Assembly (NCBI GenBank): GCA_946555465.1
Contig: CAMNST010000003.1
Location: 64,226 to 128,225, forward strand
Source: an uncultured Clostridia bacterium
GTDB lineage: Bacteria > Bacillota > Clostridia > Oscillospirales > Acutalibacteraceae
Reading direction: 5' to 3'
Length of the DNA: 64,000 nucleotides
Numbering within the stretch: position 1 is the first letter of the stretch; each line of letters begins with the position of its first letter. Position numbers and translations under genes: made by a program. Under the pieces are notes generated by a model, which ran no database searches, was not told where the DNA came from, and saw nothing but the letters and a program-made list of their open reading frames with translations. Positions 9,809 to 19,333 of the stretch are shown in pieces.

Positions 9809-10372
9809 TTGGAAAACTTAAACAGCAAAAAGGCTGTTGAGGATAGATTTACACAAATATACAGTGATTATAAAAGTTCAATCTATCGCTTTTGTCTTGC
9901 GAGGCTGAAAGGTTACAGCGACAGAGCCGAAGATTGTATGCAGAATGCATTTATTGTTCTGTATAAAAAACTGCTTAATGGTGATGAAATCGAGAATCCG
10001 CGAGCCTTTTTATATAAAACCGCTCAGAATTTTGTTATGAAATGTTTTGATGAAATAACAACAGAGAACAACAAAATTGTTCCCTTGTCAGAGCATCAGG
10101 ATAAAGTTTTTGACAATCAAAATCAGATAGACAGTGACATAGATTATGAGATTTTAAACAAACGTCTCAATGCTGTTTTAACAACTGATGAACAGCAACT
10201 CCTCAGATTGAAATACATAGACGACCTGAAAATTGAGCAGGTGGCAGTTATTATGAATATAACAAAACCTGCCGCTGCAAAACGATTGCAGAGACTGAGG
10301 GAAAAAATAAAAAATTCTGTTGTAATAGATGCAGCAGGATGGAAAGGAGAAAAAAATGGCAGCATTTGTTAA
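9809..10372 (+). CDS. Sigma-70 family (ECF-type) RNA polymerase sigma factor
   Basis: 187 aa. Region 2-like (AEDCMQNAFIVLYKK) and region 4 HTH (IEQVAVIMNITKPAAAKRLQRLREKI). TTG start 10 nt after GAGGAGG. Confidence 0.85.
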   Translation: MENLNSKKAVEDRFTQIYSDYKSSIYRFCLARLKGYSDRAEDCMQNAFIVLYKKLLNGDEIENPRAFLYKTAQNFVMKCFDEITTENNKIVPLSEHQDKVFDNQNQIDSDIDYEILNKRLNAVLTTDEQQLLRLKYIDDLKIEQVAVIMNITKPAAAKRLQRLREKIKNSVVIDAAGWKGEKNGSIC

Positions 10373-12725
10373 CGAAGAAGTATTGTTAAAAATATTAAAC
10401 GATAAAAACTTTTCAAATGAAGTGATTGCGTTTTTAAATAGTGTAATTGATGAAGAACTTGCCAAAGATGCCGATGAAATAGACTGTGATCTGATAGATG
10501 AATGCACAAATATGATTCTTGAAATCAAACAGTCTGAAGATGACGGACTTGCCGTAATTGTTCCGCTTATCAGCAGCAAAAAGTTAATTGCCAAAGTCAA
10601 TAAAACCGGTTTAAGAAGACTCAGCCGCGGTATGCAGGCTGCAGTTGTTGCCTGTATAATTCTCCTTTCGGGTTTAACTGCAAATGCTGCAGTGTATAAA
10701 ATTTCCGGAATAAATGTTGCAGGTGAAATTGCAACTGTAGTTTCTGAAAAACTTGAAGAATGGGGTGTTATACTTCCTAAAAAAGAAAGTTCCGATGAAG
10801 AATTGACAAGAGCAACGCAGAGAACGGCAACGACTGCCGAATATTCTGCCGTTTATAATGAAGTGTCATCAGACAGTTCTGACGATGAAACGATGAATAC
10901 ATATAGTTTTTACGGTAATGTCAGAGAAAGAACAACAAAGCCTGTAACGGATAAAGCGGTTGAGGAAACTGCCGGTCAAGTTACGCAGGTAACTGTTCAG
11001 GAAACCACCTCCGAAATAAAAGAACCTGAAACAAAAACCGAGATTCCGACAATGCCCGCTGTGACATATACACTCTTTCTTGATGCCAACGGCGGCGAGT
11101 GTGATGTTGAAAGTGTTCAGGTTCAGAGCAACAGACCTATAGGCGAACTTCCTGTTCCCGAAAGATACGGCTATGAGTTCAGAGGATGGTATAATTCAAA
11201 AATTTCGCACCACCCTATATTATCCTTTATTGCAACTGAAATAAAGCCGACAACGCTTTATAATTTGTATGAAAATGCAACGGTAACGGCAAAATGGGTT
11301 GAAGTTTGCACGATACACCTTGATATGAACGGCGGGGAGTGCGAGATTAATGAGGTTAAATGTGCTCTGGATAAAACGCCCGATCTTCCCACGCCGACCA
11401 AAGAGGGCTGGGTGTTTGACGGATGGTACCATAACGGTGTTCCGTGGAACGAATCGGAAATAACAGATTATGATAATATTGTATTTACTGCTAACTGGAT
11501 TCCTGATATAAGAACATGGGAAATGACTTTTAATCCTAATGGCGGAACATGTGCCGAAGAAAGTAAAATCATTACGCTTTATGAGCCGATGGGCAAACTT
11601 CCTGTTCCGAAAAGAGACGGATATCTCTTCCTTGGCTGGTATCTTGGAGACAATATAAACAGTGAACAGATAACCGCATCAACAATCCATAATGAAAGAA
11701 GCAATGTAAGCGTTAATGCAATATGGACAAAGGCAATGTATACCGCATATTTTGACGCAGCAGGCGGCGAATGTGCTGTTGAGTCAAAGAATTTTTATGA
11801 CGGTCAGCCTATCGGTGAACTGCCGGTTCCGACCAGAGCAGGTTATAATTTCAGTGCTTGGTATTTTAACGGAGATGCAATAGACTCCGACACTGTAATA
11901 AAATACAATAAGACCGTTAAATTAGAGGCAAAATGGGTTGCGGCATCGTTTTCTGTTGAATATAACGCAAACGAAGGTGTATTCAGCAGCGGTAAGAATA
12001 CGATGACAAAGAGTTATACCTATCTGAAGAAATACGGAACTCTTCCCGTTGCTTACCGCGCCGGATATAACTTCGACGGCTGGTATACAAAACCTGAAGG
12101 CGGAAATCAAATTTTGTCGAGTAACTCGGTGCTTATTACCGAAAACACAACCTACTACGCTCACTGGAGCGAACTGGAGGGGGATGTTTACACAATCATC
12201 TTCCATTCCAATTCCGTTTCCGATAAAATTGAGATGAAACCGTATAATAACGGTGATGAACTCGGAAATGTAAAACCTGCATCAAGCAGCAATTTCTGTA
12301 CATTCCTTGGCTGGTATACCGATCCGTATTTCGGAACAAGAATGAGCAATGACAGTGTTATTACATCTAATATGAATTTGTATGCACACTGGAGTCCGAT
12401 GCTTATGAGTTGTGCCATTGAACTTGAAAAAACCGTGTATGAGGTTGGTGAAGAAATAGATCCTGCAACCGTAAAATTCAGGTTTAAAGTGTGGAACACA
12501 ACGTACACATATACGGTTGAAGAACTGATGGCAGATGGCGGAAATGTTTACTGCAGATTTGTTTATGATACAAGTGAACCGGGTGAACAAACTGTCACGT
12601 TGATGGTGGCTATTGCAGACCTTGATACGTACGGCAACGTTCATCTTGATGCAAGAACAACGATTACAGTTGTTGAACCGTCAGATAATTCTGAGCAGGA
12701 AACCGCTTCGGAAAATAAGAATTAA
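10356..12725 (+). CDS. Putative membrane anti-sigma factor with six extracellular Listeria-Bacteroides repeat (Flg_new) modules
   Basis: The start overlaps the sigma gene by 17 nt (RBS ggaaaggag). One TM segment (AAVVACIILLSGLTANAAV). Six G[YW]xFxGWY repeats (GYEFRGWY, GWVFDGWY, GYLFLGWY, GYNFSAWY, GYNFDGWY, CTFLGWY). Confidence 0.75.
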   Translation: MAAFVNEEVLLKILNDKNFSNEVIAFLNSVIDEELAKDADEIDCDLIDECTNMILEIKQSEDDGLAVIVPLISSKKLIAKVNKTGLRRLSRGMQAAVVACIILLSGLTANAAVYKISGINVAGEIATVVSEKLEEWGVILPKKESSDEELTRATQRTATTAEYSAVYNEVSSDSSDDETMNTYSFYGNVRERTTKPVTDKAVEETAGQVTQVTVQETTSEIKEPETKTEIPTMPAVTYTLFLDANGGECDVESVQVQSNRPIGELPVPERYGYEFRGWYNSKISHHPILSFIATEIKPTTLYNLYENATVTAKWVEVCTIHLDMNGGECEINEVKCALDKTPDLPTPTKEGWVFDGWYHNGVPWNESEITDYDNIVFTANWIPDIRTWEMTFNPNGGTCAEESKIITLYEPMGKLPVPKRDGYLFLGWYLGDNINSEQITASTIHNERSNVSVNAIWTKAMYTAYFDAAGGECAVESKNFYDGQPIGELPVPTRAGYNFSAWYFNGDAIDSDTVIKYNKTVKLEAKWVAASFSVEYNANEGVFSSGKNTMTKSYTYLKKYGTLPVAYRAGYNFDGWYTKPEGGNQILSSNSVLITENTTYYAHWSELEGDVYTIIFHSNSVSDKIEMKPYNNGDELGNVKPASSSNFCTFLGWYTDPYFGTRMSNDSVITSNMNLYAHWSPMLMSCAIELEKTVYEVGEEIDPATVKFRFKVWNTTYTYTVEELMADGGNVYCRFVYDTSEPGEQTVTLMVAIADLDTYGNVHLDARTTITVVEPSDNSEQETASENKN

Positions 12726-12749
12726 AATTTCAGTTACCTCCAAAATATA

Positions 12750-12787
12750 AAAAATCCCGTATCGAATTGCCGATACGGGATTTTTTA
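12750..12787. terminator. Bidirectional rho-independent terminator
   Basis: Stem tcccgtatcg (12755-12764) pairs with cgatacggga (12771-12780). It is flanked by an A-run and a T-run. Confidence 0.8.
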
Positions 12788-12803
12788 TTTAACTGTTTCT
12801 TTT

Positions 12804-13625
12804 TTATGATGTTTTTTCTGTTGTAGTGGTTTTCGGTTTGGCGTATTTGCTGTTTGTTGTGTAATTTGTTTTTCCGTTTACCGTTCTTGTAAGCGTATAG
12901 GTGTCTTTGCCTGTTTTTTCAATATCAATTTTTACAAGCCCGATGCTGATATCATCGGCAGCAAAAACTTTGCAGGTGAGTGTTCCGTTATCTGTCCAAA
13001 CGCTTAATCTTATATCGCTTCCCGAATTGTTTTTAAACTGAAAATCCTGTGAATTCCACTGAACCGTTGCATCTCCTCCCAGCGGAACATAACTTATTTC
13101 AAGTGAATGGCAGGCACGTACTTTTATTTCAAGGTTGGCTTTTAAAACCGCCTGAAAAATTGTTGAACTTACCTGGCATATTCCTCCGCCGAGACCGTCA
13201 ACAAATTCATCGCCCTGAACAACTTTTGCCTCCTCATAACCCGATAAAACCGTTCTTTTGCCAACAACCTGGTTGAAGGAAAATATTGCTCCGTTGGGAA
13301 TAACAAGTTCATCAAGTTTTGAAACGGCATTTTCAATGTTTTTTGTTCTTGTTGTGTTGGAGGTTAAATATTTTGTTGAATAGGATGAAAGTTCATAAGG
13401 GTAACTTCCGTCTCCGTCTCTGACCAGAGCAGGATATATTGTGTTCGTCTGCGCCTCTTTGAATGTTGTGCTCAGATCTTCTGTTGTGCGAGTGGTAGTG
13501 GTTGTGGTGGTTGCAGTTGATGATGTGCTTTCTGTTGTGGCATTAACATTTGCCGGATTGGAACAACTTGCCAGCATGAATGAAATCATAACTGCAGCCA
13601 TTGCAACTGCAATAATCTTTTTCAA
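12804..13625 (-). CDS. VanW family lipoprotein
   Basis: VanW core GGGICQVSSTIFQAVLKANLEI. The preferred TTG start (GGGAG RBS) lies just after the glmU stop and gives the lipoprotein signal MKKIIAVAMAAVMISFMLASC. The ORF-track start at 13673 would overlap glmU. Confidence 0.8.
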   Translation of the reverse strand: MKKIIAVAMAAVMISFMLASCSNPANVNATTESTSSTATTTTTTTRTTEDLSTTFKEAQTNTIYPALVRDGDGSYPYELSSYSTKYLTSNTTRTKNIENAVSKLDELVIPNGAIFSFNQVVGKRTVLSGYEEAKVVQGDEFVDGLGGGICQVSSTIFQAVLKANLEIKVRACHSLEISYVPLGGDATVQWNSQDFQFKNNSGSDIRLSVWTDNGTLTCKVFAADDISIGLVKIDIEKTGKDTYTLTRTVNGKTNYTTNSKYAKPKTTTTEKTS

Positions 13626-13638
13626 TTTTTTCTCCCGG

Positions 13639-15018
13639 TTACTTTTTTTCTTTATATGGTTTTTTAATGTCAACCCAGCCTTCCTTTATAACCTGTCTTG
13701 CTCTTGCAATAGACAATGCTTTTTCGGGAATGCTGTCTGTTATTGTTGAACCTGCCGCAATATATGCCTGATTGCCGACGGTAACCGGCGCAATAAGATT
13801 TGTATTGCAGCCGATAAATGCACCGTCGCCGATAGTGCAGCGTGATTTATTCTTTCCGTCATAATTGCAGGTAACCGTGCCGCAGCCGAAGTTTACGTCG
13901 CTTCCCACATCGCTGTCACCGATATAGGTAAGGTGGGCGCTCTTTGAACCTTCACCTACAACAGAGTTCTTAACTTCAACAAAGTTACCGATATGAACGC
14001 CTTTTTTCAGGGTTGAATTTGCGCGGACTTTAACAAAAGGTCCTGCGTCAACACCGTCTTCAACAGTGCTGTCAAGAATTTTGCAGTTATCAAGAATAAC
14101 GCCATTGCCGATTTCTGAATTGTCAATATAAGTGTTAGGGCCAATCGTGCATCCGTCACCTATAACAGTATCGCCCAAAATGATTGTGTTCGGCAGAATT
14201 ACTGTTGAATTTCCGATTTTAACATCTTTGCCTATAATAACTCCGTCAGTGCAGGGAATATCAACACCGTTAATCATATGACGTGTGTTGATATTTCTTC
14301 TCATAATTGTGTTAAGGTCGTTGAGTTGCTTTCTGTCGTTAGCACCAAGAATAACCTCGCTGTTTTCAACAACATATGCACCTGCATTTTTGCCTGCAGA
14401 AAGAAGAATTTCAAGGCTGTCTGTAAGATAATATTCGTTTTGAACATTGTTGTTTGTAATATTTGAAAGTGCATAGAGCAAATCACCGCCGTTAAACCAG
14501 TAGCATCCGGCGTTTGATTCTCTTATTTTCTTTTCTTCGGGCGAAGCATCTTTGTGTTCAACAATTCTCAGAAGAGTACCGTTTTCGTCACGCTTTATGT
14601 GGCCGATGCCTTCGGTATCATCAACGATGGCGCTGATAAGAGTAATGGAATTATTATTATCTTTGTGGTAGGCATATGCCTTGTTTATTGTTTCGGCATC
14701 CATAAGGGGACCGTCACCGTTAAGAATAAGAATTTCATCTTCGGTGTGAGATTTGATAAAATCGGTTGCCTGCATAACAGCATGACCGGTTCCGAGTTGA
14801 GGTTCCTGCAAAGCGGTCTTGATATCGTCTGCAAGATATGCTTCAACTTCGTTATGTTTGTATCCGGTTATAACACAGATGTCTTCGGCACCTGCTTCTT
14901 TAACTGCATCAATAACGTAACTTATCATAGGTTTAAAAATGACATTGCACATTACTTTCGGGCAGTCTGCCTTCATTCGTGTTCCCTTGCCGCCTGCAAG
15001 AATTATTGCACATTTCAT
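13639..15018 (-). CDS. glmU: Bifunctional UDP-N-acetylglucosamine pyrophosphorylase / glucosamine-1-phosphate N-acetyltransferase
   Basis: N-terminus MKCAIILAGGKGTRM with left-handed beta-helix hexapeptide repeats in the C-terminal half. The internal ATG is preferred as the start. Confidence 0.9.
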   Translation of the reverse strand: MKCAIILAGGKGTRMKADCPKVMCNVIFKPMISYVIDAVKEAGAEDICVITGYKHNEVEAYLADDIKTALQEPQLGTGHAVMQATDFIKSHTEDEILILNGDGPLMDAETINKAYAYHKDNNNSITLISAIVDDTEGIGHIKRDENGTLLRIVEHKDASPEEKKIRESNAGCYWFNGGDLLYALSNITNNNVQNEYYLTDSLEILLSAGKNAGAYVVENSEVILGANDRKQLNDLNTIMRRNINTRHMINGVDIPCTDGVIIGKDVKIGNSTVILPNTIILGDTVIGDGCTIGPNTYIDNSEIGNGVILDNCKILDSTVEDGVDAGPFVKVRANSTLKKGVHIGNFVEVKNSVVGEGSKSAHLTYIGDSDVGSDVNFGCGTVTCNYDGKNKSRCTIGDGAFIGCNTNLIAPVTVGNQAYIAAGSTITDSIPEKALSIARARQVIKEGWVDIKKPYKEKK

Positions 15019-15155
15019 ATATTTATCACCATAACCTTTCAAACTTAGTCTTTGTTTTTTATGTCATAAAATGATTTCGTTGTTACAATTATGCACCAAA
15101 TTTTATATTTTTTCAAGACAAATAATGATAAAGACTAAAATTTAACAAAAAATGT

Positions 15156-15184
15156 TTGTAATTTATTTCGTATTATGTTATAAT
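15156..15184 (+). promoter_or_regulatory. Sigma-A type promoter upstream of ppdK
   Basis: TTGTAA (15156-15161), a 17-nt spacer, then the extended -10 TGT-TATAAT (15176-15184). Confidence 0.65.
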
Positions 15185-15248
15185 GCTTACGCGTTATACT
15201 ATATTAGGTATAAATTATATTGCAAATTAATTTAGGAGGTATTCTTAA

Positions 15249-17879
15249 ATGGCAAACAAGTATTGCTATCTTTTCTCAGAAGGAAACGCAAACATGAGAG
15301 AACTTCTCGGCGGTAAAGGTGCTAACCTTGCTGAGATGACAAACATCGGTCTTCCTGTACCACAGGGCTTCACAATCACAACAGAAGCATGTACTCAGTA
15401 TTATGAAGACGGTCGCGAAATCAACGCAGAAATCATGGCTGAAATCAATGAGTACATCGTAAAGATGGAAGAAATCACAGGCAAAAAATTCGGTGACAAA
15501 GAGAATCCGCTTCTCGTATCTGTTCGTTCAGGTGCAAGAGCATCAATGCCGGGTATGATGGACACAATCCTTAACCTTGGTTTAAACGAAGATGTTGTTA
15601 ACACAATCGCTGAAATGTCAGGTAATCCAAGATGGGCTTGGGACTGCTACAGAAGATTCATTCAGATGTATTCTGACGTAGTTATGGAAGTTGGTAAGAA
15701 ATATTTTGAAGAACTTATCGACGAAATGAAAGAAAAGAAAGGCGTTACTCTTGACGTTGAACTTTCAGCCGAAGATCTTAAAGAACTTGCTTCACAGTTC
15801 AAGGCTGAATACAAAGAAAAAATCGGCGAAGATTTCCCAACTGATCCTAAAGAGCAGTTAATGGGTGCTATCAAAGCCGTATTCCGTTCATGGGACAACC
15901 CACGTGCAAACGTTTACCGCCGTGATAACGATATTCCTTATTCATGGGGTACTGCTGTTAACGTTCAGTCAATGGCATTCGGTAATATGGGTGATGACTG
16001 CGGCACAGGTGTTGCTTTCACACGTGACCCTGCAACCGGTAAAAAAGGTCTCTTCGGTGAGTTCCTTACAAATGCACAGGGTGAAGACGTAGTTGCCGGT
16101 GTTCGTACACCTATGCACATTTCAGAAATGGAACAGAAATTCCCTGAAGCATTTGCTAAGTTCACAAAGGTTTGTGAAACACTTGAAAATCATTACAGAG
16201 ATATGCAGGATATGGAATTCACTGTTGAACACGGCGAACTCTATATGCTCCAGACCCGTAACGGTAAGAGAACTGCTCAGGCTGCTCTTCAGATTGCATG
16301 CGACCTTGTTGACGAGGGTATGAGAACTCCTCAGGAAGCAGTTGAAATGATTGATCCTCGTAACCTTGATACTCTTCTTCATCCTCAGTTTGATGCTGCT
16401 GCTCTTAAGGCTGCAACTCCTGCAGGCAAGGGTCTCGGTGCTTCTCCCGGTGCTGCTTGCGGTAAAGTTGTATTCACAGCAGACGACGCTGTTGAATGGA
16501 ATAAGAATGGCGAAAAAGTTGTTCTTGTTCGTCTTGAAACTTCACCTGAAGATATTACAGGTATGAAAGCATCTCAGGGTATTCTTACCGTTCGCGGCGG
16601 TATGACTTCACACGCAGCAGTTGTTGCTCGTGGTATGGGTACTTGCTGTGTATCAGGCTGCGGCGACATTACTATGGACGAAGCAAACAAGAAATTTACT
16701 CTTGCCGGCAAAGAATATCACGAAGGTGATTATATCTCAATCGACGGTTCAACAGGTAATATCTATGATGGTATTATTCCAACTGTTGACGCTACAATCG
16801 CAGGCACATTCGGCAGAATTATGGCTTGGGCTGATGAGTTCAAGACTCTTAAAGTTCGTACAAATGCTGATACTCCTGCTGATGCTAAGAAGGCTCGTGA
16901 ACTCGGTGCTGAAGGTATCGGTCTCTGCCGTACAGAGCACATGTTCTTCGAGGAAGACAGAATTGCTGCTTTCCGTGAAATGATTTGTTCTGATACAGTT
17001 GAAGAAAGAGAAACTGCTCTTGAAAAGATTCTTCCTTATCAGCAGAGCGACTTCAAGGCTCTTTATGAAGCACTTGAGGGTTGTCCTGTAACAATCCGTT
17101 TCCTCGATCCTCCTCTTCACGAGTTTGTTCCTACTGAAGAAGAAGACATCAAGAAACTTGCTGATTCACAGGGTAAATCTGTTGAAGATATCAAGGCTCT
17201 TATTGATTCACTTCACGAATTCAACCCAATGATGGGTCACCGTGGTCTCCGTCTTGCAGTAACATATCCTGAAATTGCTAAGATGCAGACTAAGGCTGTT
17301 ATTCGTGCAGCAATCGAAGTTCAGAGTGCACATCCTGATTGGACTGTTGCTCCTGAAATTATGATTCCGCTTTCATGCGATACTAAGGAACTTAAATATG
17401 TTAAGGATATCGTTGTTGCAACTGCTGATGCAGAAATTGCTGCTGCCGGTATTGAAATGAAGTACGAAGTTGGTACTATGATTGAAATTCCTCGTGCTGC
17501 TCTTACTGCTGACGAAATTGCAAAAGAGGCTGAATTCTTCTGCTTCGGTACAAACGACCTTACTCAGATGACATACGGTTTCAGCCGTGATGATGCCGGT
17601 AAGTTCCTCGATGCATATTATGATGCAAAGATTTTTGAAAACGATCCATTTGCTAAACTTGATCAGGTTGGCGTTGGTTCTCTTATGAAGATGGCTGTTG
17701 CAGGCGGTAAGGCTACCCGTCCTAACATTCACTGCGGTATCTGCGGTGAACACGGCGGTGACCCAAGTTCTGTTGAATTCTGCCATAACATTGGTCTTGA
17801 TTATGTATCATGCTCACCATTCAGAGTTCCGATTGCTCGTCTTGCTGCTGCTCAGGCTGCAATCAAAGCAAGCAAATAA
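15249..17879 (+). CDS. ppdK: Pyruvate, phosphate dikinase
   Basis: 876 aa. Phosphohistidine region GGMTSHAAVVARG and PEP-utilizing C-terminal FFCFGTNDLTQ. Confidence 0.95.
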   Translation: MANKYCYLFSEGNANMRELLGGKGANLAEMTNIGLPVPQGFTITTEACTQYYEDGREINAEIMAEINEYIVKMEEITGKKFGDKENPLLVSVRSGARASMPGMMDTILNLGLNEDVVNTIAEMSGNPRWAWDCYRRFIQMYSDVVMEVGKKYFEELIDEMKEKKGVTLDVELSAEDLKELASQFKAEYKEKIGEDFPTDPKEQLMGAIKAVFRSWDNPRANVYRRDNDIPYSWGTAVNVQSMAFGNMGDDCGTGVAFTRDPATGKKGLFGEFLTNAQGEDVVAGVRTPMHISEMEQKFPEAFAKFTKVCETLENHYRDMQDMEFTVEHGELYMLQTRNGKRTAQAALQIACDLVDEGMRTPQEAVEMIDPRNLDTLLHPQFDAAALKAATPAGKGLGASPGAACGKVVFTADDAVEWNKNGEKVVLVRLETSPEDITGMKASQGILTVRGGMTSHAAVVARGMGTCCVSGCGDITMDEANKKFTLAGKEYHEGDYISIDGSTGNIYDGIIPTVDATIAGTFGRIMAWADEFKTLKVRTNADTPADAKKARELGAEGIGLCRTEHMFFEEDRIAAFREMICSDTVEERETALEKILPYQQSDFKALYEALEGCPVTIRFLDPPLHEFVPTEEEDIKKLADSQGKSVEDIKALIDSLHEFNPMMGHRGLRLAVTYPEIAKMQTKAVIRAAIEVQSAHPDWTVAPEIMIPLSCDTKELKYVKDIVVATADAEIAAAGIEMKYEVGTMIEIPRAALTADEIAKEAEFFCFGTNDLTQMTYGFSRDDAGKFLDAYYDAKIFENDPFAKLDQVGVGSLMKMAVAGGKATRPNIHCGICGEHGGDPSSVEFCHNIGLDYVSCSPFRVPIARLAAAQAAIKASK

Positions 17880-18096
17880 TTGAAAAAATAAATGCAGGGG
17901 TGTCTTTGGATGCTCCTGTTTTTTTCTGAGCAGCAGCAAGACAAGACTCTCCAAATTGTTGCACAATTTGGGAAAAACAGTCCGGTGGACTGTTTTGTAG
18001 AGTGTTGCACTTTGACGCTCAGGCTGCAATTAAAGCAAGCAAATAATTGAAAAAATAAATGCAGGAGTGTCTTCGGACGCTCCTGTTTTTTTCTGA
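17850..18096. repeat. 80-bp direct duplication (17850-17929 and 18017-18096, 4 mismatches) of the ppdK 3' end plus its terminator, flanking an 87-bp insert
   Basis: Read directly. Both copies contain ...caggctgcaat[c/t]aaagcaagcaaataattgaaaaaataaatgcagg[g/a]gtgtctt[t/c]gga[t/c]gctcctgtttttttctga. Confidence 0.9.
17951..17995. repeat. Conserved tandem double-hairpin module, copy 2
   Basis: Hairpin ccaaattg/ttgca/caatttgg (17951-17971) is followed by aaacagtcc/ggt/ggactgttt (17975-17995). It is homologous to 56-101. Confidence 0.7.
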
Positions 18097-18104
18097 AATT
18101 ACAA

Positions 18105-18146
18105 TAAAAAATACCGCAGGACTATGCATGTTCTGCGGTGTTTTTT
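18105..18146. terminator. Bidirectional terminator after hydF (and the ppdK region)
   Basis: Stem accgcag (18113-18119) pairs with ctgcggt (18133-18139). It is flanked by A and T runs. Confidence 0.65.
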
Positions 18147-18152
18147 ATATAA

Positions 18153-19322
18153 TTATTTGTTAAATACAGCGATACTTCTCTTAAGTATGCCTTTCATATG
18201 TGCAATGGCAATTCCGTAGTTTGTGAAAGGAACATTTTCATCAATGGCGGTGTTCATTCTGTACTGCATTTCTTTTCTGTTGAGCATACAGCCGCCGCAA
18301 TGAATAATCAGACTGAAATCATTCAGGTTCTGCGGATAATCCTTACCGCTTGAAAAGTGAAGTTCAAGTTCTTTTCCGGTATATTTTTTCAGCAGATTTG
18401 GAAGTTTTACCGTGCCGATATCTTCACACTGTCTGTGATGTGTGCAGCCCTCACTGATAAGAATTTTATCTCCGTTTTGCAGTTTATCAATCACATCTGC
18501 ACCCTTTACGGCAGTATCGAGAAAGCCTTTGTATCTTGCCATTAAAATTGAAAACGAAGTGAGGGGAATATCTTCGGGAACAATTTTTGAAACATATTCA
18601 AAAACCTGCGAATCTGTTATAACAAGTGCCGGTTTTTTGCCAAGGTTTTTCAGCGTGTTTTCAAGTTCTGTTTCTTTTGCAACGATAGATATACCGCCTG
18701 CATCAAGTATGTCGCGTATGGTTTGCTGCTGCGGTAAAATCAGTCTGCCTTTAGGTGCTGATGCATCAATCGGTGTTACCAAAACAACAAAATCATTTTT
18801 TTTAATCAGGTCACCTGCTATTTTTCTGTCTTTATTATCGGAATCTGCTATTTGGGCAAGTTTTTCTTTTAATGCATTTATTCCGAAACCTGTTTTTGCA
18901 CTGACAAAATATTCGCCGCCTTTATCCGTAAGGTCAGCCTTGTTATTAACAATGATGAAAGGAATATTTTTTTCCTTAAAAGTGCGGATAAGTTCTTTTT
19001 CGGTATGGTTAAGTTGCCGCGTGCAGTCGGTAACCAGAACAGCGATGTCACATTTTCGCAATGCTTTTTTCGCACTTTCGATTCGCTTTTTGCCTAATTC
19101 ACTTTTATCATCAATTCCCGGAGTATCTAATAAAAGAAGAGGACCGAGCGGCAGCAGTTCCATTGCTTTTTCAACAGTGTCGGTAGTTGTTCCCTTAACT
19201 TCGGAAACAATGCTGACCTGCTGGTTTGTTACAGCGTTTATCAGGCTTGATTTTCCTGAGTTTGTACAGCCGAAAAATCCTATGTGTGTTCTTTCTCCGC
19301 CGGGGGTATCGTTAAGACCCAT
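18153..19322 (-). CDS. hydF: [FeFe]-hydrogenase H-cluster maturation GTPase HydF
   Basis: 389 aa. N-terminal GTPase P-loop GCTNSGKSSLINA and C-terminal cysteine motifs (CTHHRQC, HCGGC). Confidence 0.9.
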   Translation of the reverse strand: MGLNDTPGGERTHIGFFGCTNSGKSSLINAVTNQQVSIVSEVKGTTTDTVEKAMELLPLGPLLLLDTPGIDDKSELGKKRIESAKKALRKCDIAVLVTDCTRQLNHTEKELIRTFKEKNIPFIIVNNKADLTDKGGEYFVSAKTGFGINALKEKLAQIADSDNKDRKIAGDLIKKNDFVVLVTPIDASAPKGRLILPQQQTIRDILDAGGISIVAKETELENTLKNLGKKPALVITDSQVFEYVSKIVPEDIPLTSFSILMARYKGFLDTAVKGADVIDKLQNGDKILISEGCTHHRQCEDIGTVKLPNLLKKYTGKELELHFSSGKDYPQNLNDFSLIIHCGGCMLNRKEMQYRMNTAIDENVPFTNYGIAIAHMKGILKRSIAVFNK

Positions 19323-19333
19323 AATGCACCTCG

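Noticed and set aside
17850-18096. I considered whether the duplicated ppdK 3' end is a diversity-generating retroelement VR/TR pair.
   Set aside because: The four mismatches are C/T, G/A, T/C and T/C, and are not confined to adenine positions of one copy. No reverse transcriptase gene is nearby. Most of the repeat is non-coding terminator sequence.
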